DNA of 64,000 bases from Geosiphon pyriformis uo1. Taxonomy: Eukaryota; Fungi; Glomeromycota. Positions 25,912 to 38,509 of this stretch are shown here, piece by piece (position 1 is the first letter of the stretch; every line of letters begins with the position of its first letter). The DNA lies in contig JAAOMT010000523.1 of the NCBI GenBank assembly GCA_016748015.1, forward strand, positions 1,052,156 to 1,116,155, written 5' to 3'. The notes beneath the pieces were generated by a model that saw only the letters and a list, made by a program, of their open reading frames with translations, had not been told where the DNA came from and made no database searches. Position numbers and translations under genes: made by a program.

Positions 25912-28900
25912 TTAGATTTGTTTTATTTATGACAATCTGTTGGCATTTCCATTGTCTTTTTTCTTTTTATAATATACTATATAATTGAATAGTGAAAGTT
26001 CTATTTTCTATCTAATATGGCAATTGTCTCTAAATTCTTGCTTCTGGATTGAAATCAATCCTTTGTGATTTATATATATTTCAAACTTTTGGCTCAAGTA
26101 TTTTTTCCATTTCATAACTGTCCAATAGATTGCTAAGTGTTCCAATGCTAGTGTTCCATAGTTTTTTTCAGCTAAACTCAAGCTTTGGCTGGTGTATGCT
26201 ACTGAATGTTCTCTTCTATTTGGTTCTTTTTGTGATAGTACTGCTCCCAATGCTTGGCCTGATGCATCAGTAGTGATAATAAATGGTTTGCTGTGATCTG
26301 GATACATCAATACTGAAGCTTAAATAAGCTTTCTTCTCAGTGTGTCAAATGTTTCTTGTTGAGCTTCTGTTCATTCATATTTTACATTCTTAGTTTGTAA
26401 ATAATAGAATGACTAGGCCAATTTAGAAAAGTCTTTAATAAAATGACTATAATAGCCTGTAAATCCTAAAAATGTTCTTAGTTCCGTCAAATTGGTTGGT
26501 ACTGGAAAGTTCTTTACTATTGCAATCTTATTTGAATCTGTCTTAATACCATCTTTGCTTATAACATGTTCCAAAAATTTGAGTTTTGTTTTTTCAAAGA
26601 AACATTTGTTTGCATTCAACTTCAATCCTGCTCTTTTCAATCTTTCAAATACTTGTTGAAGATGATGTAGATAATCATTAAATGTCTTGGAGAACACATT
26701 TGTGTTGTCTAAGTAAACAATTACAGATTTCCATAGTAGTCCAGTATAGACAATTTCCATGAGCTATTGGAATGTTGCTGGTGCATTCATCAAGCCAAAT
26801 GGCATTACTTCAAATTCAAAAATTTTTTCTCGCATTGTAAAAGCTGTTTTCTTTTTATCTTCTGGTTTCATGGCTATCTGCCAGTAACCACTGTCTAAGT
26901 TTAATGTTGAAAACCATTTTTTTTCTCCAAAAGCATCAAACAGCTCTTGAATTTTTGGTGTTGGATAGCTATCTTTTTTGGTTACTCCATTCAACTTCCA
27001 GTAATCTACACAAAAGCAGATTTTCCCATTCTTCTTCCAGACTAGTACTATTGGTAATGACTATGGACTTATTAATGACTGAATTAGTCCATTGTCAAGC
27101 ATTTAATTAATTTCTTGACAAATGATCTCATGACTAGTTAGTGGTACTCTGTATGCTCTCTGTTTAATTGGTATTGCATTTCCAGTCTTAATTTAATGTT
27201 GAATAATGTCAGTTTTGCCAAATTTGTTTTTGCTGGCAAAATGTCATTGAAATTGTTGAGTAATATCTTGAGTTGCATATGTTGTAGCGGGTCTAGATTT
27301 TCCAAGTTCATCTGTTCCAATTGTTCTAGTTGAAGTAGATAACATTTTTCTCATCCATAAATTGTTTGTGATGTGATATCTACATATCCACACAGTTGTA
27401 GAAAGTCTAGAATGGTGTTTGGTGAGTGGTTTTCAATTTTGGTGGTTAAGTATCTAATGATAGTTCTTTCTAGTATCTTGATGATATTTCCTATGTTGTT
27501 ATAAATAGGAATTTTGATGTGACTGTGGTTTTTGGCTAATATGTATAGATTAACTAATCCAAACTTTTCTGATTCACAAAGTGTTGCTTTTGCCTCAAAA
27601 ATCTGTACTTGATTTTTTACTTTTCTGTCTATAACTACTATGTACTGGTCATATGATAGAATGAAAATTGTTTGATGGGTAAAGATAATTTCTTCCTTGT
27701 CAATAATTTCTTCCTCTGCCATATTTAACTGATACATCTATTCTACTTGTTGATCCAAATTTTTGTATTTCTCTAGCCATAATCCCTAATTCTTCTCTGT
27801 TTCTTACTGATACTAATTGAGCTACTTTCACTAGAGACAGAAATATTGTCTGTGCTATCTTTTTATTTGGCTCTATAACATAGGTCTTTTCTGAATTGTT
27901 TTGTAGTATTGAAATGATATTTCCCACATATTCTGCATCAATTATTCCTCCTCTGATGTTGATTCCTTTTTTCACTAGACTACTCCTAGATGCCAGTTAA
28001 ACTATTGTTGTTGCTGGGATTTCTAATGCTATTTTGAGATCAATGCATGTGTGCAAATGTGGTTCCAATTTGATGATATCTTTTTTTGGATATCTTAGAT
28101 CAAATCTGGTATTAGTATCATGTACATATTCTGGCATAATACCTTCATTGTTATTGCTGAACCATTTAAGTTTCTGCTTCTTAGAGAGATCAGAAAGTGT
28201 GATGTATGTTTCGGAATTTGAATCAGAGTCTGAATTATCATAATTTTTATTACTATTTTGAATGGAGCTGGAACTGTTATTTTTATTGTTATTGTTGTCA
28301 GAGTTTGAATCGGGATTAAAAGTTGATTCTAATTCTGATGCGCAGCTGCTGATTGGTTTCTCCTTTTCTGGGATTGTGTAGATCATGCAGATTGGTGGAT
28401 TGTAAATGAGATCACATTTATTACAATATTGAAAGTTATATGAAATTAAACAATGGTCACATAGTTTTGTATTTATTTCTTCCAACTATTGCTCTTATTC
28501 CTCTCTAGTAGGTGCTAATTCCTGGTAGTATTTATGAAATTGTTCTGGATTCAATAGATTTATGACTGGTTCTGGGTTCCAGTCAAGTTCTATAAGTTTT
28601 GGTGAATTGTTTTTTATTATTTTTATTTCTTCTGGTGATGCTTCTTTGATTTTGGCAAGAGCCATTTGCCAAATTTTGTCATCATCATATGGACATCCAT
28701 CCAAGTATTTGATGGCTTGTCTTTAGGCAGCATCTATGGGCATTCTTTTTCTAATCCAGTTACTTATGAGAATTGTGTACTAACACGATTTGTCACATGT
28801 TCCTCTTTGTCCAGGAATGTCATTTCACATTTCTTCATCTAGAAAAATTTCTTCACAAGCCAAGCAGAGTTTGTTATCCCATTTTCCTACTTGTTTTGGT

Positions 28901-31051
28901 TTTTCAAAACGTTTTATAATACATGGGCAGCAGTAGAATTTGGTTGTCATTTGGTATTCTTTATTGTCACTATAGCATGTGCCCATTGACAACAATTTTT
29001 TGCTGCAATTGTTACATATAAGCTTTGGTCAATGATAGTTTGGTTGTGGTGATATGTAAGTATATGTAGAGTAAGTAGGGGTTGGTGTTGAATTTTTTTT
29101 TTTTTTTTTTTTTTCTTTTTAATATTATTCTCTTCTCATTCCCAGGTTATTGATAATTTGTCCTAATTGTTGTCAGTTCCCTAAGTTTGATTATTATTCC
29201 ATGTAGGTTCCTCTTTTTGCTTTTCCTTTTCTTGGTAATCCTATAAAGACACTGGTGGTAATTCATTGTGCTCATTGTTGGCTCACAAAACTTGATATGC
29301 TTCTCAGATAGGTTTTTTCTTTTCTTTTTCAAGCTCAATTAGTGGTGCTGGCATGGTAGTTGTTTTGAAGTGACTACACATGGCTGGTACATGTGTATGT
29401 CGACTATTCTGGCTTAGTTAGAGCTTCTGTGTGGTTTAATCAAGAGTTGCATTTGTTTTAGACAGCAAATTATTGCCAATGAGTGCTTGGTATTGAGTGG
29501 CTTCTATTACTAAAACTTTAATTGGTATAGTGATGTCATTAACTTCAAAAAAGAAGTCATTAATCTTGCCAATGAGAGTTTTTGTAGCTCTATCAGTCAT
29601 AATAATCCTGACATTGGCAGCACAATCAACTTGACGACCTAATTGGTCCATGAGTTGTCATGTGATTATGCTGCCTGCTGATTCACTATTTAGAATAAGC
29701 TTGATAGGTTGACCATCAACTTTAGTGTTGGTATACATGGCTGTAATCAGTTTGGTGTCAAAAGTGGCTTTACTGAATAATGGGACTGGTGTAATTTCCT
29801 CGAGTTCAAAAGGAAAAATAGCTGCTAGAGATTTGTTATTAGAGATGGTTGCTGGTGGAATATTGCTGGTAAGTGATTGTTTCTGTTTGGATTCCTGGTT
29901 GTTGAGTAAGGTGTCTTCTGGGATAACCAGAAGACTTAAATACTGTTGGGCATTTGGGCTTTGGATGTACCCAGTGTTTAAATTCCATTGTCAAGGTTCT
30001 GATGGCTGGTTCAAAGAACTGGAGATCAATTGATAGACCACCATTGACAATCTCCAGCTTTGTTGTGTTAGTCTCGACCTTTGGTTTCCGTTTTGAGATA
30101 AGTTCTGTGGCAGTGTTTGAATTTGTTGGGGCTGATAAATTGCCTGAGACTGCAGCTGATAAATGGGTTGGGGCTACAATTGATAAATAATGGGTGTTGT
30201 TTGTTGATAAAGTGATGATTAATAAATTTGTGACTGTGTCATAGGTATGTAATTTAGTTAATATATTTCTGAGTTTGGTTGATAACTTGGAGTTGGAAAC
30301 CTGTAATTGGGATTTTGATATTGATTTTCTGATCATTGGTTTTTTATTCTTAACCAACAATTGACTTTTAAATGTCCTTGTTTACTACAGTAGTGACAAA
30401 CACATGTCTTTTGTTGCCACTGTTGATTGGTGGAAGATGATAGACATAACTGATTCTGAAGACAATTCGCATTTTCTTAATTATTGTGTCATTGAGGAAG
30501 TTGATAAACTGCTTGATTGTTAGCTAAGTATCTCTCTAATTTTTGGTTGATGAAATCACTGAATTGTTTCAACTTAGAATCCAATTTAGATGATTTATTC
30601 ATTACTAGATTGATGGCTTGAGCATGATTGGCTTCAAGTTTGGTGGCTTCAAAATCTTGTGCATTAGTGACTGTGTCTTGGAGAGTTTGTGGGTACATTG
30701 GGCATATGTACTGGAGAATGCTACTGCACAGTCCATGGATAAACTGGTTTAGAATCTGTGGCACTGTAGAATAGTCAGCTTGGATTGCTTGAATTTGGTG
30801 CAGATTTCTGTGAAAGTGTTCTAAGTAAATAGTAACTGCTTCAGTTTTTCCCTGTTTAATGGTGGTAAAAGTGTTGGCTAGGTGATTAATACTGTTGCTG
30901 TTGCTAAAATATCTTAAAAATTCTAATTTAAATGCATCAAATATTTGGGGTTTCTAAGCCAGACTATGATACTATGAGTTGGTAGCATTCTGGAGAAAAT
31001 AAGGAATTGCTTGGAGGCTTCTGTTGTCATCCCAGTTATTGGCAGTGATAG
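25912..31051 (-). pseudogene. B2 gag C-terminus, protease, Cys-rich domain, dUTPase, RT, RNase H
   Basis: Knuckle CHYCSKQGHLKVNC, decayed protease LILNSESAG, dUTPase GIIDAEYVG..KIAQ..KFGST, RT MPFGL and YLDN, RNase H TDAS. TAA at 25912-25914. Confidence 0.9.
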
Positions 31052-31827
31052 TGTTACGAGTAGAATTTTAGCTATTTATTAGCATGAAATTACTCTTATA
31101 ATTACTATTATTAATTAGCATATATTATTATTATTTTGATTATCACTTATTATTTAATCAAATTATTAAATATTATTACTCAATCAATAATCCGATTTGT
31201 ACTCTAGAAATTAAGATGATCAAATTACACAATACTCTGAACCATTTAATATAGTCAAAATTCGCCGAAATTAATGAAAATTTGTCGAAATAATCAATAG
31301 TTCAATAAAATAACTTGTAAATTCACCAAAATGTATCTTTAGTTTACCCAAATTCTAGCAAAAAGAAAAGTGCAAGTTCAAAGACTAGTATTACAACAAG
31401 TTGTATAAAAGAAGAGCTTTTCTCTTCAAGAAAATGTATCTTTTCATAGTATTTTAACATAGTATCTTACTTTAGATATCTTAATTAAAACAAATCACCT
31501 TTTATACATTCAAATAAAAATTAAATATTCGAAAAACAAATTCTTAAAATTATTGCACTTGAAATTCTCTCAACACAATTAACATTTTGAAATTAATTAG
31601 CTACCAATTTCAATAATCTGTTAGTGACTTCAGGCCTGAATAGAAAACGTTTTTCTTGATAAAATTCTATTTCTTTTACATTTCTTTTATTTTTCTTTTC
31701 TTTTCTTATTATAATCATTAGGGTAGCTTACAGATGAAATTCCTGTAGAAGAGTTGACTTTCACAGCAAAGTAACTACACATTTTAGTGAGCTTCTAGAT
31801 AAGTAATTCCTGGAAAAGAGTTGACAT
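31052..31827 (+). repeat. A2 5' LTR, left part, interrupted by A3
   Basis: Matches the first ~775 bp of 49655-50626 and stops at GAGTTGACAT. Confidence 0.9.
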
Positions 31828-32811
31828 TGTTACCAGACAAAATTAAAAATATTGTTTAGCATAGAATTACCCTTATAAATTTTATCATTAATTAACATAT
31901 ATTATTGTTTCAAATTATTACTTATTACATTAGCAAAATATCCGAAATTATCATTTAATTAATAACCCAATTTGTACATAACACAAATGTAACCTAATTG
32001 TAATGATCAATCATGTAATACCCCGAACTATGTAACATTCAAAAAGTTTGTCAAAATTTGTAAGAAATTTGTCAAAATAATTGATAGTTCGCCAAAATAT
32101 CTAATAGTTTGCAGAAATAACTTGTAGTTCGCCAAAATGTATCTTTAATTCAATGAAATTATAGAAAATAGCAAAGTTCAAGTTCATAGAATAGTGTTAT
32201 GACAAGTTGTATAAAAGAAGAGCTTCTCTTTTCAAGGAAATGTATCTTACTTCAGATTTAATAATTAGAATCATCTTTTACATACAAAAACAAAATAAAT
32301 ATCAAATAATTCGAAAAATCAAATCCTTAATTATTTCCCTTGAAATTAACCAAACCCTACTAACAGTTGAAATTGATTAGCTACCAATTTCAGTAGACTG
32401 TTAAAGCATTTTCAGGTCTGGATCCAAAACGACTTCCATAAATTATCAGTTTTACTTTTTCTTTTACATTCCCTTTATTTTCTTTCTTTTCTTATTATAA
32501 ATCATTTGAGTATCCTGCAGACAAAAATTTCTGTAGAAAAGTTGACTTTCACAGCAAAATAACTACACATTTTAGTGAGCTTCCAGACAAGCAATTTCTG
32601 GGAAAGAGTTGACAGTTACTACAATGTAACTATACAAAGTAACTGGCATGGAATTGGCCATTCCACTTATAAGCCCAGCAGTTCAAATTATAGAAGATAA
32701 TTTGAAGATAAATTCAGTTATCAGAGGTTCAAACACTTCCCATAATCGTGAATTAACAGTATTACAACAAACATACAAGAGCTAAGAAGAGACCAAAAAC
32801 CTCTAGTAACA
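31828..32811 (+). repeat. A3 5' LTR
   Basis: TGTTACCAG...CTAGTAACA followed by a PBS. Confidence 0.93.
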
Positions 32812-32855
32812 TTTAGTGCTCTCCCACGGAAACAACACAGCAAAACAACTTCAAA

Positions 32856-35800
32856 GTGGCGACCATACCAGATGCAACAACTCTAGAGTATTACCAATCA
32901 ATTTACACCCACTGCAAGCAAAGATTCAACATTCCAGACGGAATTGAAGTTTTCAAGAAATCAGTATACCAATACATTAAAAACCGCATCAAAAATTATC
33001 TTTTTGGAAATTACAATATCTCAGAAATTAGAAGCAACTTTTACAATAATTTAGCACACTATTCACAGTTGAGAACTGAAGACTTTAACAGTGAAACACT
33101 TGCCATTTACTTTCAAGAACTTAACTTTAACATTATCAAGTACTGTAAATAAACATATCCAGTGCAGTCTCAATACTCTATTGATTTTGAATTGGAGACA
33201 AAAACAAGCAACAAAAGCAAACAAAAATTGAAGCAATACTCAAAAACCACCCCAAATACCCCAATACTACCAAAAACAACTGCCAAACACTTACAAACAC
33301 TTGAACAAGGAACCAGTTCAAAACTTCCACTCACCATCACACTTTTTCCAGCTTCACTTGCACAAGCACAAACACCTAATTCATTCTTGAATCAATTTGC
33401 AAGACTAAAAGATTTTACATCACTCAGAAGTCCCGCCAGACAACAAGAACCTCTTCAAACTAGTTCCAATCTTCTTGACTTCTAGCTGAAAATTGAAGTG
33501 AACACTCTGAGACAGCAGCAAACAAAGAAAATGACTTTGAAATATCTGAAAAAGAATCAATAGACAGTGAAAATAAAAAAGATGAAATGACAGCATACAT
33601 CACAAAAATCTCTGAATTCAATGGAAAAGATATTGAGACCAGTTCCCAAGAATGGCTCAACCAAGTTACTAAAACTGGAGATGCAAATAGATGGAATGCT
33701 ACCAAAATGTTAAGAACAATTCTCTACTTTCTCAAAGGAACAGCAGATGAATGGTTTGAAAACTTGACCACCCCTTTTAATGACTGGACAGCTTTCAAAA
33801 CTGCCTTCTTAGAACAATTCACTGATAACAACACTTCAATCACACTTCAAAATCATTTTCGCAATATCAAACAAGAACCCTCTGAATCTGTCATGACTTA
33901 TATTGGGAAATTTAACAAACTTCTCAGATGAATTCACCAACTTGAAACTAATGATTATTATTTCAATGCTCAAATCTTGGATTAATTTATTACTGGTTTA
34001 AAGGATAAACTGATTAAAAAGATTTGCCTACATGCCCCAGAAGATTTAAACACTGCCATACAGCATGTGAAAAGATACGAAATGGCCATGGAAGAGACCA
34101 ATTACACAAAACTTGTAAATTTGGCAATTGGAGAAACCAGCTCAGTAGCTGAGGAGAAAATTGACCAACTGACAAAGAAGGTTGAAAACTATTTCACCAA
34201 TCAACAACAACAGCAACCCCAAAGATATCAACCACTCCAAAGACAAAATCAAAATAACTTTGCACTACTTTCTAATAACCAGCCTCAGAATTGCCATTAC
34301 TGTGGAATCTCTGGCCACTGGAAAAAAGATTGCAGAAAGCTACAGTGAGACCAACAAAATAGGAGTAATCAATGTTACCCTCCACCACAGCAATCTTATT
34401 ATCAACCACCACCAGCTTACTATTCACCAAGACCCCAATACCAAAGTAACTATTATCAGCCTGCCTCACAGCTGATCCAACAGCAATACCAACAACCATC
34501 CACACAATATTACCAAGTATCTGCTCGAAGATTGACTCCACAAAACCAATTCATACCACAAAACTGATACCAAGTAAACAACAATAGAATCAGTTTGAAC
34601 AACCAATTGGTTCTCCGAAATTCTGCTCAACCAAGACCCAACTACTATCACACTCAACCCAGTTATTTAACAATACCTAAAGAACAGAATTTTCACCATA
34701 CTGTACTCTCGGAAGGTAGAGCTACAGCACAACAACAAAACCCTTCCTATACTCCTATCACAATCCCACCAGCCAGAATTGCTGAAAATGCCAATCTTTC
34801 AGATATATTTCCTTTTGAGTTTGAAGCAAATGAGTTACCATTTCTGTTTAGTAATGCAGCTGTCAATAAACAAAAAGCAATCATGGCTATGTACACTGAA
34901 GCAGAAGTCGAAGGAAAGGCAATTTGCTTGATCCTAGATAGTGAATCTGCTGGAAGCATTATCACCTACCAGTTAATGCAACAGTTAAAAAAAAATGTTG
35001 ACCGACCAGCTCAAACAGTAATTGTTACTGCCGATGGCATAAAAAAGACTCCAGTAGAAGAAATTGACAATTTTTCATTCACTTTTAATGGAATCACCAT
35101 TTCAGTCAAAGTTCTTGTAATAGATGCATCCCAGTATTAAGCCCTTTTTGAAAATGATTGGCTCCAAACAACCAATGCAAAATTAGACTGGGAAACCCAA
35201 GAACTACAAATCTCTTACCAAAGACAACATGCCCGAGTACCTGCCACTTGTAGTACATTTAACAAATGCTCTGAAAAAGCCCCAGCTTTTGAATTTGAAC
35301 CAGAAGAAGAAAAACCAATAATCAAAACATTCATGGCTCTTGGATCAATGTCCAATTGGGCCAATGAAACTGAACAAGAACATTTTACACCACACTCTGA
35401 ACTCAAAACCCCTGGATGGAATATCCCATACTCAAAGTCTGAACTAAGGAAACAACACTCCTACATTCCTCTTAAATGTAAGGACTGCCACAAAAAACTA
35501 TCATCAATGAGAGCCTGCATTTTACCTGAAGAAGAATATGAAAATCATACTTGTTATTACTACAAGACTTGTCACAGAAAACAATGGGGCCATTTAATAA
35601 AAAGAAGCGGAAAATGGGATAACACCTCTTGTTTGACTTGTGGAGATATGCTACCAGAAGAATGCAATTAGATTGATGTAGCAATGAGAGAAAAAGTCTG
35701 CAATCAGATCTGCCAATATGCTTTATCAATTTCAAAAAAAGTAAAAAGAAGAACACTCTTTAATGCAGCATACAACAGTGCTCTCAACAAACTTTATCAC

Positions 35801-38460
35801 TACCTCCATGATGCTGAGATAATTTTCGACCTAGCAATAGCATTAATTAATAGAGCTACCAAAGAAAATGTTCATCAAATAAAGGAAGCAGAATACATTG
35901 AATACACTATGGAATTAGCTGGATTCGATTATGAAGATGAAGTAGAAGTCTACCACCAAATTGCAAGTTACACCTACCCAACCCAAGAAGCTCAAATTCA
36001 ATGATTAGAGCAAATGAACATTAGGCTATGTGAAGAATGCATTATGCTTTGTGATGAACAGTAGTGTCTTAAATGCTATGCTCTTAAAATCCCCTTGCCT
36101 AGTAAAAGTAATGAAAACGAAATTGAATTTGAAAAACCTGAAGCAATGGAAAAAATTGAAACAACACCCATCTATCTTATCAAAAATCAGCCTGCCTTAC
36201 AACTCAAATACTTCAACAACAATAAACAAGGAATAAAACCTGAAAAAGCACATAAAATTGATGCTGAATATGACCTAAGATATCCAGACAAGCATACTTT
36301 TGTTCTCAAACCCAAATTTCTCACAAAAATCAATCTTAAAATTGCACTCGAAATCCCACCAGGAGCAATGGTTCAAATCACCTTCCAGTCCTCTCTGGCA
36401 AGCAAAGGAATCAATATCAGAGGAGGAATAATCGATGCTGGATATACTGGAGACATTACAGTGATGCTTTAAAATGAAACTGACAAACCATTCAAAATTG
36501 AACATGCTGAAAAAATTGCCCAAGCTATTTACCTACCCCTAATCAACATTTTGGGTTTGCAACTAGTCAATCAAAGAAAACAATTAGGAAAAAGCAATAG
36601 AGGAACCCAAGATTTTGGTTCAACTAGACGATTTACAGTTCCAGTTAATATAACTCTTAATACACAGAATGAATCCCACCAGATTTTCAGACTTCCACAA
36701 CCAATTACTATCTCACTCTTTGGAGAACATCCAGAAATCTACACCTGCCCAAAGCCAACAACCACACAACAAATTTTGGAGTCCAATAAACAAGTCTGCT
36801 TGGAACATAATATTTTGATTCCAAACATTTATATTCCAGAAGGAACAAAGAAAGTCCAAGTTACTTTTTACAATCCCAATAATTACCTCATAGTTTTATT
36901 AAATAATTTAGAAATTGGAGTTATTCATAGTAATATATTTCAACAAGAATTACCCCAAACAGTCCCCAATTTTTCAGAAATCATTGGACATTCATTACCA
37001 AAAATCAACCCAAACCCTAGCTCTAAAAACTACCATGTTGTCATAGAAAAACTATCTCAAATCAACATGGGACAACTTGAATCACAACAACAAAACCAGT
37101 TCAAAAAGCTAATTGCAGAATTTGCTGATATCTTTGCTAAAAACAACAATAACTTAAGAAGAACCAATTTGGTCCAACACCAAATTTATACAGGAGATGC
37201 CAAACAAAGAAAACAACAAACATATCAAGTTGCTCCAGAAAGTCACCAGTTCATCTGAGAAGAAGTACAACAAATGCTTAACAATGGACTCATCCAAGTC
37301 CTTGGGCTTCACCTGTAGTGCTAGTTAAAAAGAAAAATAGAAAGATACAATTTTGTGTTAACTATTGACAACTCAACAGTATTACAATTGGAGATGCCTA
37401 CCCCCTTTTCCGAATTGATGACATGTTAGATGCCCTTGGAAAATCCAAATACTTTTCAACACTAGATTTGGAAAGCGGTTACTGGCAAGTTGCTATGGAT
37501 TCTAAAGATCACCCCAAAACAGCATTCACCACTCAAGGCGGAAATTACGAGTTCAATGTAATGCCTTTTGGATTATGCAATACACCAGCAATGTTTCAGA
37601 GATTAATGAATGTTGTGTACCAAGGACTCCTTTGGAAGTCAGTAGTCATTTATCTTGACGATACTGATGTTTATTCTCCATCGTTTGAATTACACTTAAA
37701 ACACCTGCAAAAAGTTTTTCAACAATTACGAAAAACAGGACTAAAACTCAACATTGAAAAATACTACTTTGGAAAAACAAGCTTGGCTTTTCTTGGTCAT
37801 ATCATTAGTAAAGATGGAATCAAACCAGACTTTGGAAAAATCAGCACTGTTAAAAACTTCAAAACTCCTCAAAACACTACAGAACTAAAAGAATTCATAG
37901 GGTTAGCCTCCTATTATCGGAAATTTATCAAAGGATTCTCAGAAATCACAAAACCTCTCAACCAGCTTACCACCAAAAATGTTAAATACGAATGAACTGC
38001 TGAATGCCAAAATGCATTTGAAATCCTCAAAGAAAAACTAACGACAGCTCCAATTTTTGCCTACCCAGATTTCAGCAACTGATTCCGATTAGCAACAGAT
38101 GCCTCTTATACTGCCTTTGGTACTATCCTATCACAATTAGATGACAATGGAAATAAGCAAGTAATTGCCTATGCTAGCAGAACATTAAAACCAGCTGAGA
38201 AAAATTATCCTGCCACTGAATTGGAAACAGCAGCTGTAATTTGGGCCTTACATTATTTCAACTTTTATCTTCAGCCAAAGGAATTCGATATTATTACTGA
38301 TAATATTGGACTCAAATGGCTTTAGAACAAAAATACTCAGCTAAACGCAAAACAAACCTGATGGACAGGATTTCTAGCAAACTATCAATACATAATACAT
38401 TATAAACCAGGAAAACTCCACACCAATGTTGACTGTCTCTCCAGAATGAGACAAAATTAG
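32856..38460 (+). pseudogene. A3 gag-PR-Cys-rich-dUTPase-RT-RNase H polyprotein
   Basis: ORFs 33587 to 36551 all share one frame. CHYCGISGHWKKDC; ILDSE; dUTPase DAEYDL, GIIDAGYTG, RGTQDFGST; YLDD at 37651; TDAS. TAG at 38458-38460. Confidence 0.92.
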
Positions 38461-38509
38461 AAAAAAAAAACCAACACTTAACTTAACCAACCAAAACAGC
38501 CAACAAAAA

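Noticed and set aside
36245-36630. dUTPase as a host gene or prophage/viral gene
   Set aside because: It is fused in frame within pol in five retroelement copies.
37290-37305. Frame change before RT in A3 as a programmed gag-pol frameshift
   Set aside because: It is a 10-nt deletion relative to A2 (CCATCAAGAA). Gag through RT is otherwise one frame.
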